Shown: positions 10,226-19,811 of the stretch, piece by piece
Position numbering within the stretch: position 1 is the first letter of the stretch
Layout of the letters: each line of letters opens with the position of its first letter
Origin: a virus
Taxonomy: Duplodnaviria; Heunggongvirae; Uroviricota; Caudoviricetes
DNA: 61,666 nucleotides
IMG/VR virus record: IMGVR_UViG_2874968258_000001
Coordinates: 1 to 61,666 of that record
Reading direction: 5' to 3' (one strand)
Notes under the pieces: model-generated
What the model was told of the DNA's origin: nothing
Database searches by the model: none
The model's input: the letters and a program-made list of their open reading frames with translations, nothing else
Program-made: the position numbers and the translations under genes

Positions 10226-10636
10226 ATGATGATTAATGTTAACGGGCGACCCGTGTCGACCGGGGCTTCGATCGACCTTCTGACGCGTGCTGTGATTATT
10301 TCGCTTTTTACATGGCGGCGTGCCGGGCGTGATGATGCACCACGGATATTTGGATGGTGGGGGGATACCTGGCCTGCGGTTCAGAATGATCGCACGGGGT
10401 CGCGTTTGTATCTGTTGCGACGCAGCAAGCTGACAAATAAAACCCCGCAGCTTGCCAGAGATTATGTCCGTGAGGCGCTGGCGTGGATGGTGGAGGATGG
10501 TGTTGCTTCCCGTCTTGATATTAACGCTGTCCGGACCGGGACAGACTCGCTGGCACTTGCCATTACCATTTACCAGCGTGACGGCAATATTCACAACATT
10601 ATTTTTGATGATATCTGGAGTGAACTGAATGGCTGA
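10226..10636 (+). CDS. Mu gp46-like baseplate protein (gp25/W-like)
   Basis: 136-aa ORF in baseplate cluster. Confidence 0.6.
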   Translation: MMINVNGRPVSTGASIDLLTRAVIISLFTWRRAGRDDAPRIFGWWGDTWPAVQNDRTGSRLYLLRRSKLTNKTPQLARDYVREALAWMVEDGVASRLDINAVRTGTDSLALAITIYQRDGNIHNIIFDDIWSELNG

Positions 10637-11237
10637 CAGTCAGTTTTATCGCCCCGGCCTCCCGCAACTTATTTCTATGATCCGGAGCGATTTATTAACC
10701 CGCTTTGAGCAGGATACGCTGCTTCGTCGTATGGATGCGGAAGTGTATGCCCGTGTACAGGCTGCAGCCGTACACACGTTGTACGGGTATATCGATTATC
10801 TTGCCAGAAATCTGTTACCGGACGTGTGTGATGAAGACTGGCTGTACCGGCACGCCAGAATCAAACGCTGCCCGCGAAAAGAAGCGGTGGCAGCCCGGGG
10901 ATTTGTGCGCTGGGATGGCGTAGAGGGGACGCCGGTATTGCCAGCGGGAACGCAGATCCAGCGTGATAATCAGGTGACCTTTACCACGACGGCGACGGTG
11001 ACCGCAGCCGATGGTCTTCTCCGGGTGCCTGTTGTGGCAGACGAACCGGGATCGGCGGGGAATACGGATGATGGTATTGCCATGCAACTGGGAACACCCG
11101 TCAGTGGTCTGCCGTCCACAGGGTACGCTGACACCATTACAGACGGTGAAGATATTGAAAATCTGGAAATATGGCGTGCCCGCGTTATGGAACGTTATTA
11201 CTACATTCCACAGGGGGGCGCAGGTAATGACTCCAAC

Positions 11238-11741
11238 TTATTGATAGTGTTTTATGTTCAGATAATGCCCGATGACTTTGTCATGCAGCTCCACCGATTT
11301 TGAGAACGACAGCGACTTCCGTCCCAGCCGTGCCAGGTGCTGCCTCAGATTCAGGTTATGCCGCTCAATTCGCTGCGTATATCGCTTGCTGATTACGTGC
11401 AGCTTTCCCTTCAGGCGGGATTCATACAGCGGCCAGCCATCCGTCATCCATATCACCACGTCAAAGGGTGACAGCAGGCTCATAAGACGCCCCAGCGTCG
11501 CCATAGTGCGTTCACCGAATACGTGCGCAACAACCGTCTTCCGGAGACTGTCATACGCGTAAAACAGCCAGCGCTGGCGCGATTTAGCCCCGACATAGCC
11601 CCACTGTTCGTCCATTTCCGCGCAGACGATGACGTCACTGCCCGGCTGTATGCGCGAGGTTACCGACTGCGGCCTGAGTTTTTTAAGTGACGTAAAATCG
11701 TGTTAAGGCCAACGCCCATAATGCGTGCAGTTGCCCGGCAT
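11238..11741 (-). CDS. insB: IS1 InsB frame
   Basis: Same translation as the first copy; ORF track shows the part from an internal Met (11238..11615). Confidence 0.85.
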
Positions 11742-11935
11742 CCAACGCCATTCATGGCCATATCAATGATTTTCTGGTGCGTACCGGGTTGAGAAGCGGT
11801 GTAAGTGAACTGCAGTTGCCATGTTTTACGGCAGTGAGAGCAGAGATAGCGCTGATGTCCGGCAGTGCTTTTGCCGTTACGCACCACCCCGTCAGTAGCT
11901 GAACAGGAGGGACAGCTGATAGAAACAGAAGCCAC
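11660..11935 (-). CDS. insA: IS1 InsA
   Basis: Identical 91-aa InsA translation on minus strand. Confidence 0.95.
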
Positions 11936-12487
11936 TGGAGCACCTCAAAAACACCATCATACACTAAATCAGTAAGTTGGCAGCATCACCGGGGGCGCAG
12001 ACCCTGATTATGTTATCTGGGCGAAAGAAGTTCAGGGTATTAACCGTGCATGGACTTTCAGACACTGGAAAGGCACTGGAACGGTTGGCGTGATGGTGGC
12101 GACAAACGATCCGGAACGCCCGGCCCCGGATGAAAGCGTGATTAACGCAGTCAGGGACCACATCCTTCCTCTGGCACCTGTTGCCGGAAGCGGATTGTAT
12201 GTATTCGGTGCCACAGAAAAAGTCATCCCGATGACGATTGCATTATCGAAAGACACACCGCAGATCAGGACTGCAATAAAAGCAGAGCTGAATGCACTGA
12301 TGTTACGGGATGGTGTGCCAGAGGGGCGTATGTATCTGTCCAGAATCAGTGAGGCCATCAGTTTGTCTGCTGGTGAAGTGGCCCACCGGTTAATCGTCCC
12401 TTCATCGGATATTGACCTGGGGGAGACCGAGCTTCCGGTGCTCGGCGAGATCACCTGGCAGGCTTATGACCCGGCAAGGAGTAAATA

Positions 12488-13078
12488 ATGGATTCGTTAC
12501 AGGATGATTATACAAAGCTGCTGTACGGACTGATGCCGCCGGGGCCTGCATGGTCAGATACCGACGGTGTACTTGACGGTCTGGCACCATCGCTTGTGCG
12601 TGTTCACCAGCGGGCTGATGAACTGGTGATTGAAATCGATCCCGGTCAGTCCACAGAGCTGATTGAACGTTATGAAGAATTGTATGGTTTACCTGATTCC
12701 TGTTCCCCTGTCGGAACCCAGACATTACGCCAGCGTCAGCAACGTCTTGAAGCAAAAGCCAATGTGGCTGGTGGCATAAATGAGCAGTTCTTCCTGGATC
12801 AGCTTGAGGCGCTGGGATATACCGGCGTAACGATCGAACAGTTCCAGCACTTGGATGCAAGCCCCGATCCGGAATGGGGAGATCGCTGGCGTTATTTCTG
12901 GCGTGTGACGTTGCCGATGGATGCCGGTGCTCAGTGGCAGACATGCACGGACGCCTGCAACACACCGATCCGGACGTGGGGGGATACGGTTGCGGAGTGC
13001 GTGATTAATAAATTATGTCCGTCACACACCGTCGTTTTATTTTCCTATCCAGATGAGGATGAAGATGCACAGGATTGA
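12488..13078 (+). CDS. Mu gp48-like tail protein (YmfQ/DUF2313-like)
   Basis: 196-aa ORF between baseplate J and tail fibre. Confidence 0.6.
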   Translation: MDSLQDDYTKLLYGLMPPGPAWSDTDGVLDGLAPSLVRVHQRADELVIEIDPGQSTELIERYEELYGLPDSCSPVGTQTLRQRQQRLEAKANVAGGINEQFFLDQLEALGYTGVTIEQFQHLDASPDPEWGDRWRYFWRVTLPMDAGAQWQTCTDACNTPIRTWGDTVAECVINKLCPSHTVVLFSYPDEDEDAQD

Positions 13079-14105
13079 TACGCTGACTGCGGTAAAAGAT
13101 AAGTTTGGTCCGGGTAAGAACGGATTTACTGACGGAAATCTTCGCACAGGACGTCTTGCTACCTGGCTGAACAGTGCCATGTGGAATGCCATTCAGGAGG
13201 AAATCTGTGGTGTCATTGAGAAGGCCGGGATAGAACTGAATAAAGAAGAACACGACCAGCTATATAAGGCTATATTATTGCTGGTGGGCGGTGCAATTAA
13301 CGAAGAGGCATTGCTGATAAAAAATAACCTTTCGGATGTGGAAGACAGGGATGAGGCTGTTGAAAACCTCGGATTAAAACCCACGGTGGATAAGGCAAAA
13401 AATGCCGTTCAGCGTGATGGCGACACCATGACCGGAGAGCTGAAAATCCGTGGTGTTAATGCGCTGAGGATTTTCAACGAAGCTTTTGGCCTGATTTTTC
13501 GTCGTTCGGAAGAGTGCCTGCACCTTATTCCCACCAGTGAAGGTCAGGGGGAAAATGGCGATATTGGTCCCCTGCGCCCGTTCACCATTAATCTGCGGAC
13601 GGGTGAAATATCCATGTCGCATAAAGTGTCTGTTGGCGGTGGTTCGCAGGTCAATGGTGCGCTGGGTATCGGCGTTCAGAACGCCCTGGGGGGGAATTCA
13701 ATTGTTCTTGGTGATAATGACACCGGATTCAAACAGAATGGTGATGGCCTGCTGGATGTTTATGCCAATAGCGTGCATGTGTTGCGTTTTCAGAGTGGCA
13801 GTATCCAGAGTAATAAAGCTGTAAACGTTACAGGACGGGTAACACCGTCAGACTACGGAAACTTTGATGCCCGTTACCAGCAGCGAAATGGTGGCGTGCA
13901 GGATGTGCGGTATGGTTATGAAATGTATTACACCCCCGGCAGTAACACCGTTTCGTGGACATTTCGCTCACCTTCGGGACACGGGCTGTCAGGGATATCG
14001 ATATCGGATACCGGCCGTAACTCAGCGGATAACGTCAACGGCGTGTATTACCGACCGCTGCAAAAACTGATTAATGGCACCTGGTATAACGTAGCGAGTA
14101 TTTAA
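13065..14105 (+). CDS. Tail fibre protein
   Basis: ~347-aa ORF, Gly/Asn/Ser-rich C-terminal region, followed by a tfa-type gene. Confidence 0.65.
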   Translation: MHRIDTLTAVKDKFGPGKNGFTDGNLRTGRLATWLNSAMWNAIQEEICGVIEKAGIELNKEEHDQLYKAILLLVGGAINEEALLIKNNLSDVEDRDEAVENLGLKPTVDKAKNAVQRDGDTMTGELKIRGVNALRIFNEAFGLIFRRSEECLHLIPTSEGQGENGDIGPLRPFTINLRTGEISMSHKVSVGGGSQVNGALGIGVQNALGGNSIVLGDNDTGFKQNGDGLLDVYANSVHVLRFQSGSIQSNKAVNVTGRVTPSDYGNFDARYQQRNGGVQDVRYGYEMYYTPGSNTVSWTFRSPSGHGLSGISISDTGRNSADNVNGVYYRPLQKLINGTWYNVASI

Positions 14106-14107
14106 CA

Positions 14108-14653
14108 ATGTTGCATTTAAAAAATATTACGGCAGGTAATCCGAAAACCGCGGAATAATATCAGCTGACAAAACAGTATGATGTCACCTGGCTTTTTTCG
14201 GAAGACGGCAAAAACTGGTATGAAGAACAGAAGAACTTTGCCAGTGACACCATAAAAATGGTTTACACCGGAGACGGGCGCGTGGTGTGGGTCGGTAAGG
14301 ATGTGACAGGCATTGAACCCCGTAACGCCAGTGTTATTGAAGTTCCTGATATTACCGCCAACCGCCGCATTACCGCGCCGGGTTACTGGTTTTACCGCAA
14401 TGATGAATTTGTCTTTGACTACAGACTCAAAGCGGAAGATGAGCGTGATGCCCTTCTGGCTCAGGTCAGTGCCCGGACAGGGGAATGGGAAGAAGACCTG
14501 CTGCTGGGGCTAATCAGCGACGAAGACCGGGAAAAACTGAAAGCGTACCGTATTTACGCGAAATCGCTGCAGGCGATGGATTTCAGCACCATCACTGATA
14601 AATCCTCATATAACGCCATTGAATGGTCCGTCTCTCCGGAAGGTTCTTCCTGA
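14108..14653 (+). pseudogene. Tail fibre assembly protein with in-frame ochre stop at codon 17 (14156-14158)
   Basis: ATG 14108 gives MLHLKNITAGNPKTAE-stop-YQLTKQYDVTWLFSEDGKNWYEE...; the frame is continuous with the annotated ORF 14258..14653. Confidence 0.55.
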
Positions 14654-14676
14654 TTTAATTTATCGCGAGAAAAACT

Positions 14677-15945
14677 ATGTCTGTAGTGATATCAGGTGCG
14701 CTGACTGATGGCGCAGGCATCCCCATGTCCGGATGCCAGATTATTCTGAAATCCCGTGTAAACACCTCAGAAGTGGTGATGCGTACCAGGGCTGATGTAG
14801 TGACCGGAAATAACGGTGAATATTCGTTTGAGGCACAGGTCGGAAAATATTGCGTGTATCTGAAACGGGACTGGCGCGACGAGTACTGTGTTGGCGACAT
14901 TGCTGTATACGACGACTCAAAGCCCGGCACGCTGAATGACTTTCTGATTGCTCCTGATGAGGGCGACCTGAAACCGGATGTCGTCAAACGCTTTGAGGAA
15001 ATGGTGGCGCAGGCGCAGCAGAGCGCCGGGGCCGCAGCCGGAAACGCACAGCAGACGGCGCAGGATGTGGCGGCAGCCGCAGGTTATGCCCGCGCAGCAG
15101 AGCAGGCCAAAAATGACATTGATGCTGCGCTGACCGGCACTCTGAAAACGGCTAACCATCTGTCTGAAATCGCAGCAGCAGGCGAAAAGGCACAACAGAA
15201 GTCCCGGGATAATCTGGGGCTGAAAAGTGCGGCCACGATGGAAGCACAGAGCGACATTTACGACCGGACAAAAGGCCGTCTGGCGATACCCGGCGCATTC
15301 GGCTTTGGGTGTGCTTTTCTGCCTGAAGATGTTATCCGTTTTGACACTAAGAGTGATTTCCTGGCCTGGGTAAGGAATGCGCTGCCAGGTGAATATTCCG
15401 TTGCTGGCCCCTACGACATCATCATACCCGACACACGGTTTGAAGGGGTGCTCAGCATCCGGTGGACTGATGCACGCCCTGAGACAACAGAACCGAGGTA
15501 CAGAGCCAAATCCCTTACTTTTTACGGCATTAACGGCCCCATTTATCACACCCGCTACTGCTACTGGCCCATATCCAGACTGACTGGCTGGGTGAAAATA
15601 AATATAACCACAGAAGATATTATTTACAGAATCGTGGCGAGCTCTGTCTGCAACAGATGGGGAGACCCTGACATTGGCGGGCTGATTATTGCTGCGTACC
15701 AGGGAGAAGCTGACGGTGATAAAGTCATCAGACTTGTCAGGGGGCAGTCATACAGAGGCTCACGACTGGGACCGGTGGGGATTTCAGTGCCCAGTACTCC
15801 CACCGGAACGTATATAGCATCCCCACAATTTTTCATTACGGGATGTTCAGAGCATTCATTACCGGGGTCATATAGCGCCCTGTCCGGGGTGCCGGATGCT
15901 CATGTCTCTGGCGCAATGCCCGGGCTTTTTATTCGCACATCGTGA
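14677..15945 (+). CDS. Side tail fibre protein with lambda Stf-like N-terminal domain and a different C-terminal domain
   Basis: N-terminus MSVVISGALTDGAGIPMSGCQIILKSR...[13 protein letters not shown] parallels the stf gene at 54196 ([27 protein letters not shown]...[13 protein letters not shown]). Confidence 0.65.
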   Translation: MSVVISGALTDGAGIPMSGCQIILKSRVNTSEVVMRTRADVVTGNNGEYSFEAQVGKYCVYLKRDWRDEYCVGDIAVYDDSKPGTLNDFLIAPDEGDLKPDVVKRFEEMVAQAQQSAGAAAGNAQQTAQDVAAAAGYARAAEQAKNDIDAALTGTLKTANHLSEIAAAGEKAQQKSRDNLGLKSAATMEAQSDIYDRTKGRLAIPGAFGFGCAFLPEDVIRFDTKSDFLAWVRNALPGEYSVAGPYDIIIPDTRFEGVLSIRWTDARPETTEPRYRAKSLTFYGINGPIYHTRYCYWPISRLTGWVKINITTEDIIYRIVASSVCNRWGDPDIGGLIIAAYQGEADGDKVIRLVRGQSYRGSRLGPVGISVPSTPTGTYIASPQFFITGCSEHSLPGSYSALSGVPDAHVSGAMPGLFIRTS

Positions 15946-15955
15946 GGAATGCACC

Positions 15956-16519
15956 GTGGAAATTAAAAAAATCATTAATCCCCGTTATACCGAAAGTGGC
16001 GCAGTAGACTGTGACGTTTTTTTTGACGACAGGGACCTGGCAGTCCCCTACACAGCCACCGCTGATGATGTCGCACCGACGGGTCAGCAAATCTGGCAGG
16101 AACTGCAAAGTGGCAAATGGGGTGAGATAGCCCCATTCACTGTGACACCAGAAATGCTGGAAGCGGCCAGAGAGGCCAGACGTCAGGAAATTGAAGCATG
16201 GCGCACAGAACAGGAGGCGAAGCCGTTCACGTTTGAATGGAATGGTCGTATCTGGAATGCTGGCCCCGACTCACTGGGCCGCCTGTCCCCGGTAGTCATG
16301 CTGGCAAAATCTGTCACAGCACAAACGCATATGGCGTGGGGTGATGCCGATAATCAGCAGGTGAAACTGTCGATGCCGGAACTGGAAGAACTGGCGGCAG
16401 CAATGGTGCAGGCGCAGGTCGATCGCAACGATGAGATTTATCGCCGTCAGCGTGAAATGAAAGAGGAGCTGAGTGGTCTGGAGGATTTGGGAACAATTAG
16501 AGCGTTTGATGTTACGTAA
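15956..16519 (+). CDS. Putative tail fibre assembly / chaperone protein
   Basis: GTG start with GAGGA 8 nt upstream, immediately after the stf-like stop; family assignment uncertain. Confidence 0.4.
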   Translation: MEIKKIINPRYTESGAVDCDVFFDDRDLAVPYTATADDVAPTGQQIWQELQSGKWGEIAPFTVTPEMLEAAREARRQEIEAWRTEQEAKPFTFEWNGRIWNAGPDSLGRLSPVVMLAKSVTAQTHMAWGDADNQQVKLSMPELEELAAAMVQAQVDRNDEIYRRQREMKEELSGLEDLGTIRAFDVT

Positions 16520-16565
16520 TTGGTAAGCTGCATCGTGTTAAATTGTTACCCTTATTTACAACTAG

Positions 16566-16600
16566 AAAAGCCTCTGACTTCATAATCAGAGGCTTTTTTG
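16566..16600 (+). terminator. Rho-independent terminator
   Basis: AAAAGCCTCTGA...TCAGAGGCTTTTTT hairpin plus T-run. Confidence 0.65.
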
Positions 16601-16727
16601 AAATGCACGTGCATTTTGCGTGTATATTTTTGTCTTTTTCTGGTCCGCTTACTGTCTGGTCAGTGTCCGTAAGTGACTGTTTTTATAGTCTCTGTCCGGT
16701 TGCAGTCCTGTCAAAAGTGGTGGAGCT

Positions 16728-16762
16728 GGCGGGAGTTGAACCCGTGTCCGAATATTTGCAAT
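16728..16762 (-). other. Partial copy of ssrA (tmRNA) 3' end; candidate prophage attachment-site core
   Basis: Minus-strand TTCGGACACGGGTTCAACTCCCGCCAGCTCCACCA matches the E. coli tmRNA 3' terminus as I recall it, with one mismatch; similarity stops upstream, so it is a fragment. Confidence 0.6.
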
Positions 16763-16827
16763 GCGTTGATTTATAACGAATAAAATTTAAAGTTGGTTCT
16801 TACGGCTCTTTTGCGGATATTTTACTA

Positions 16828-17646
16828 TCAATTCGTAGTCCTGCCATATTTACGTTTTTTCTTGCGGTTTGTTTCTGGTTTCTTCTCTCGGTTATTGTCT
16901 ACTTTTTCATGTATATCCATATTGAACCAAGAAGCATGCGAAACCTCACTTAATGGAAATATGATACTGGTATCAACTCCATCAAGATCGTTGTAATCAT
17001 TTGAAAACAGGACCCTTAGTGTGTCCTTGTCCCTGTAACCAGATATGATTGGGCTAATAGAAATTTCAAGGTTAGGGCCTTGTTTTTCGTTTGGCTCACT
17101 AATCATGTTAACTGTTCCGACATATACTTTGCGGCATTTCAGGCTTATCAGTACCGGTCTGTTTGTAGTCGCTGAATCAAAGAATAGCTGACCAAGTGAG
17201 CCATCAGACAACAGTTTTTCCAACTCATTAAGCCTGATTAGTTGCTTTGCGAAATTGATAGAAATTGCATTATTGGATGCAGAACTAATAGTTTTTGCTG
17301 CCACAAACATACGAAATTTGCATATCTGCAACCAAATAAAAGCAACTCCACAAGTCGCCACTGATAGCAGGATGAGCCATGATGTTATCCTGTTTTCTTT
17401 AGGGTCTGCACTACCATCAATAAGATGTGATACCCATGTGACCAGTGTAAGGCTTGGTATAAAGTACTTGGTTGCATACGCCAGCACGACTGCAACAATG
17501 AACGAGTACACACCGTACGTGGCCACCTTCATATAGAGAAGCTGGCCGTCGTAACGGTGGAGTCGATAGAATAATTTGATGTTATGGGGCGATGTAACCA
17601 GTAAGGATCCACTTACTAAAAGTGGAATGATCAGCAATGCAAACAT
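16828..17646 (-). CDS. Hypothetical membrane protein, three N-terminal hydrophobic helices plus ~160-aa soluble domain with basic tail
   Basis: 272-aa ORF; hydrophobic segments at residues ~2-17, 41-62, 87-108; AT-rich codon usage; 4 bp downstream of the 82-aa ORF. Confidence 0.55.
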   Translation of the reverse strand: MFALLIIPLLVSGSLLVTSPHNIKLFYRLHRYDGQLLYMKVATYGVYSFIVAVVLAYATKYFIPSLTLVTWVSHLIDGSADPKENRITSWLILLSVATCGVAFIWLQICKFRMFVAAKTISSASNNAISINFAKQLIRLNELEKLLSDGSLGQLFFDSATTNRPVLISLKCRKVYVGTVNMISEPNEKQGPNLEISISPIISGYRDKDTLRVLFSNDYNDLDGVDTSIIFPLSEVSHASWFNMDIHEKVDNNREKKPETNRKKKRKYGRTTN

Positions 17647-17649
17647 TTG

Positions 17650-17898
17650 TTAGTCGTCATTGTCCATTGAGTTAGCTTTAGCGGCTGCAACAGCTTTTGC
17701 ATCCTGCTCGACGAATTTTCTAGCTGCTTTCCTAAGCTGAGTGATTTTTTCTGGGTCAGTAGATGGGTCTACAATAACTGCACCACGCCCTACGACCTTG
17801 ATGTTTTTAACACCAGATTTGTTCAAACGATCGGCCATGGCTTGTCCGCCTTTGACCAAATCATTCAGCCCAAACATCTTCATGACTAGTTCTGACAT
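17650..17898 (-). CDS. Hypothetical small hydrophilic protein, first gene of the cargo operon
   Basis: 82-aa ORF co-oriented and nearly abutting the membrane protein gene. Confidence 0.5.
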   Translation of the reverse strand: MSELVMKMFGLNDLVKGGQAMADRLNKSGVKNIKVVGRGAVIVDPSTDPEKITQLRKAARKFVEQDAKAVAAAKANSMDNDD

Positions 17899-18193
17899 AA
17901 AGACCTCCTTTCAGTCCCCCCAATGTATCCTTTTGAGGCATTTATTGCTCCCCGCAGAACGGGGCGCGGGATTTTACCATAATCTACGTACTGGCTCCAA
18001 GATTTCCCGCGTGTTCCTAGTACTAGGACAGCTGCCTGAGTACCAAGTTCACCTATAACATATATACTTGGTTCGAATTTTTGCAAGGTAAAAAGTGCCT
18101 TATGTTTAAGTATGTATGATGTGGATATGACGAACATAACCACATCACAAATAACTTTTTATCAGGTTTCAGTGGCTATTTGTTCGGGCAGCA

Positions 18194-19369
18194 TCAAGCC
18201 TGTTTTGTATCATTAGTATTTTTAGCGGTATGTCCGTCATATGCAGCAAGGTAACTGCCATAGTGACGAAATAGCATTTCTGGTCCCTTATGGCCCATCT
18301 GGCCTGCAAGCCAGAACAGGTTCGCACCACGGCTGATATGGCTGGTGGCGAATGTATGCCTGGTCTGATATGGGTTACGGTACCGGATACCTGCTTTACG
18401 TAAGGTTGGTATCCACGCTTTTTTCCTTATCGCATCGGCGCTGGCCCACGGTTTGTTTGTCTTTGGATCTTCAAAGACAGTAGCATCCTTCATGAATGTA
18501 AATGGCTTCTGATTTATCAGCGCCAACATTGCCTCTTCTGTCAGTTCAACTTTACGAGTACCGGCTTTTGTCTTTGTTCCTTTGATAACACCGACAACAC
18601 TTGCGCTCTGGACATGGGCAGTTTTTCCAACAAAGTCGATATCACGCCATCGAAGGGCACATAATTCAGAACTACGCAGGCCTGTATGTATAGCGAACCG
18701 GAACAGATTTTCCCATTGTTTGTTTCCGGCTGCTGCTAGTAATGCATCAACTTCTGCTGGTGATAGCGGATCAACCACGTAGCTGCTTTCTGCTTCTGAC
18801 TTATCACTTTGGTAGCGCGAAGCAGTTACCAACGATACGGGGTTAATTTGAAGTACCCCATCGGTTACGGCTTCATCAAGTGCTGACCGCAGGAAAGATA
18901 ACTGGTTGCGAATTGTTTTTAAGGTCGTTTTCTGGCTTTGAATCCACGCTTTCAGGATTGCTGGTGTTAATTCACTTGCAGGGCAAATGTGGAGTGAGGC
19001 TAACGCACTACGGCATTTTTTATAACCACCAATCGTAGAGGGTGAAAGTTTTCTCGTTTCGCAGATTTCAAGGTATTCGTCCAGGTACATTTTTACCGTT
19101 TTGCCTGCAGCAGCATTACCAAAAATTTTCAAACGAGCAGAACGGGGAAAATATTCCGCATAAATGAATGTTCCCCTTTCGATCTTATTATGAATTTCGC
19201 CGAGTGTGCGCTCGGCGTATTTTATGTTCTTTGGTATTACTTCCAGATTGGAAAGAGGCTCACGACATTTAACTCCTTTGTAGGTGAAAGTTATATTGAT
19301 CGTTTCGCCCTGGCGGTGTTTCCTGATTGTTACGCCGCGCGGTAGTTTGAGCAGTTTTGTCTGGCCCAT
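18194..19369 (-). CDS. int: Phage integrase (tyrosine recombinase)
   Basis: 391-aa ORF with R...HxxR...Y catalytic motifs (LRSSELCALRW, YQTRHTFAT, LFRHYGSY). Confidence 0.9.
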   Translation of the reverse strand: MGQTKLLKLPRGVTIRKHRQGETINITFTYKGVKCREPLSNLEVIPKNIKYAERTLGEIHNKIERGTFIYAEYFPRSARLKIFGNAAAGKTVKMYLDEYLEICETRKLSPSTIGGYKKCRSALASLHICPASELTPAILKAWIQSQKTTLKTIRNQLSFLRSALDEAVTDGVLQINPVSLVTASRYQSDKSEAESSYVVDPLSPAEVDALLAAAGNKQWENLFRFAIHTGLRSSELCALRWRDIDFVGKTAHVQSASVVGVIKGTKTKAGTRKVELTEEAMLALINQKPFTFMKDATVFEDPKTNKPWASADAIRKKAWIPTLRKAGIRYRNPYQTRHTFATSHISRGANLFWLAGQMGHKGPEMLFRHYGSYLAAYDGHTAKNTNDTKQA

Positions 19370-19536
19370 TTTGCAACCTCACTAAGATCAATCCACCTCT
19401 CCTTAACGCCTTCAACCTTTAAAACCTGAACACCTTCACGCCAAACACCGCGCTGTACACGTTTGTTTATTGCTTCAGGAGTTTCGCCAGTTTCTTTGCA
19501 ATAAGTTGAGATTGGAACACAATCGAGGTTCAGCAT
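19330..19536 (-). CDS. xis: Excisionase-like protein
   Basis: Small basic ORF overlapping the int start, canonical xis-int arrangement. Confidence 0.55.
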   Translation of the reverse strand: MLNLDCVPISTYCKETGETPEAINKRVQRGVWREGVQVLKVEGVKERWIDLSEVAKWARQNCSNYRAA

Positions 19537-19595
19537 ATGTTTCTCCACTTAGCCCGCTGCACACGGGCAGTAATATCAAATTCCAGTCCTGATAA

Positions 19596-19811
19596 TTAAT
19601 TTTGTTCCCTGGTTGCTACCTGTTTTATTGGCCTGATGCTGTCCAGTAGCAGACGGCGACGCATGTTAGGTGCCCCCCAACGGTAACCAGTCTTTTTGTC
19701 GTAGGATTCACAACGTCCGGCAACCCAGGACGTTTCAGTGGAATGTAATTTCATCCGCTTTTCACCGTCTCGGGTGATAACAATTCCTGTATGAGTTTTT
19801 ATCACGCTCAT
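19596..19811 (-). CDS. Hypothetical early-left protein (YfdT-like position)
   Basis: 71-aa ORF in operon. Confidence 0.35.
   Translation of the reverse strand: MSVIKTHTGIVITRDGEKRMKLHSTETSWVAGRCESYDKKTGYRWGAPNMRRRLLLDSIRPIKQVATREQN

Larger units (their letters stand above)
11223..11990 (-). mobile_element. IS1 (768 bp), inverted relative to the first copy, 9-bp target site duplication GGGGGCGCA
   Basis: Reverse-complement IS1 ends GGTAATGACTCCAACTT ... ATCAGTAAGTTGGCAGCATCACC; duplication at 11214-11222 and 11991-11999. Confidence 0.95.
10629..12488 (+). pseudogene. Baseplate J-like (Mu gp47-like) gene interrupted by IS1
   Basis: Frame 10629..11222 continues in the same frame after IS1 plus duplication at 11991 (...YYYIPQGGA|DPDYVIWAKEV...) to stop 12488; reconstructed ~364 aa. 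Confidence 0.75.

Noticed and set aside
12402-12965. 187-aa minus-strand ORF
   Set aside because: Antisense to the baseplate J 3' part and the gp48-like gene; no RBS or homology support
16728-16762. Intact tmRNA or tRNA gene
   Set aside because: Only ~35 nt of the 3' end is present; upstream sequence diverges
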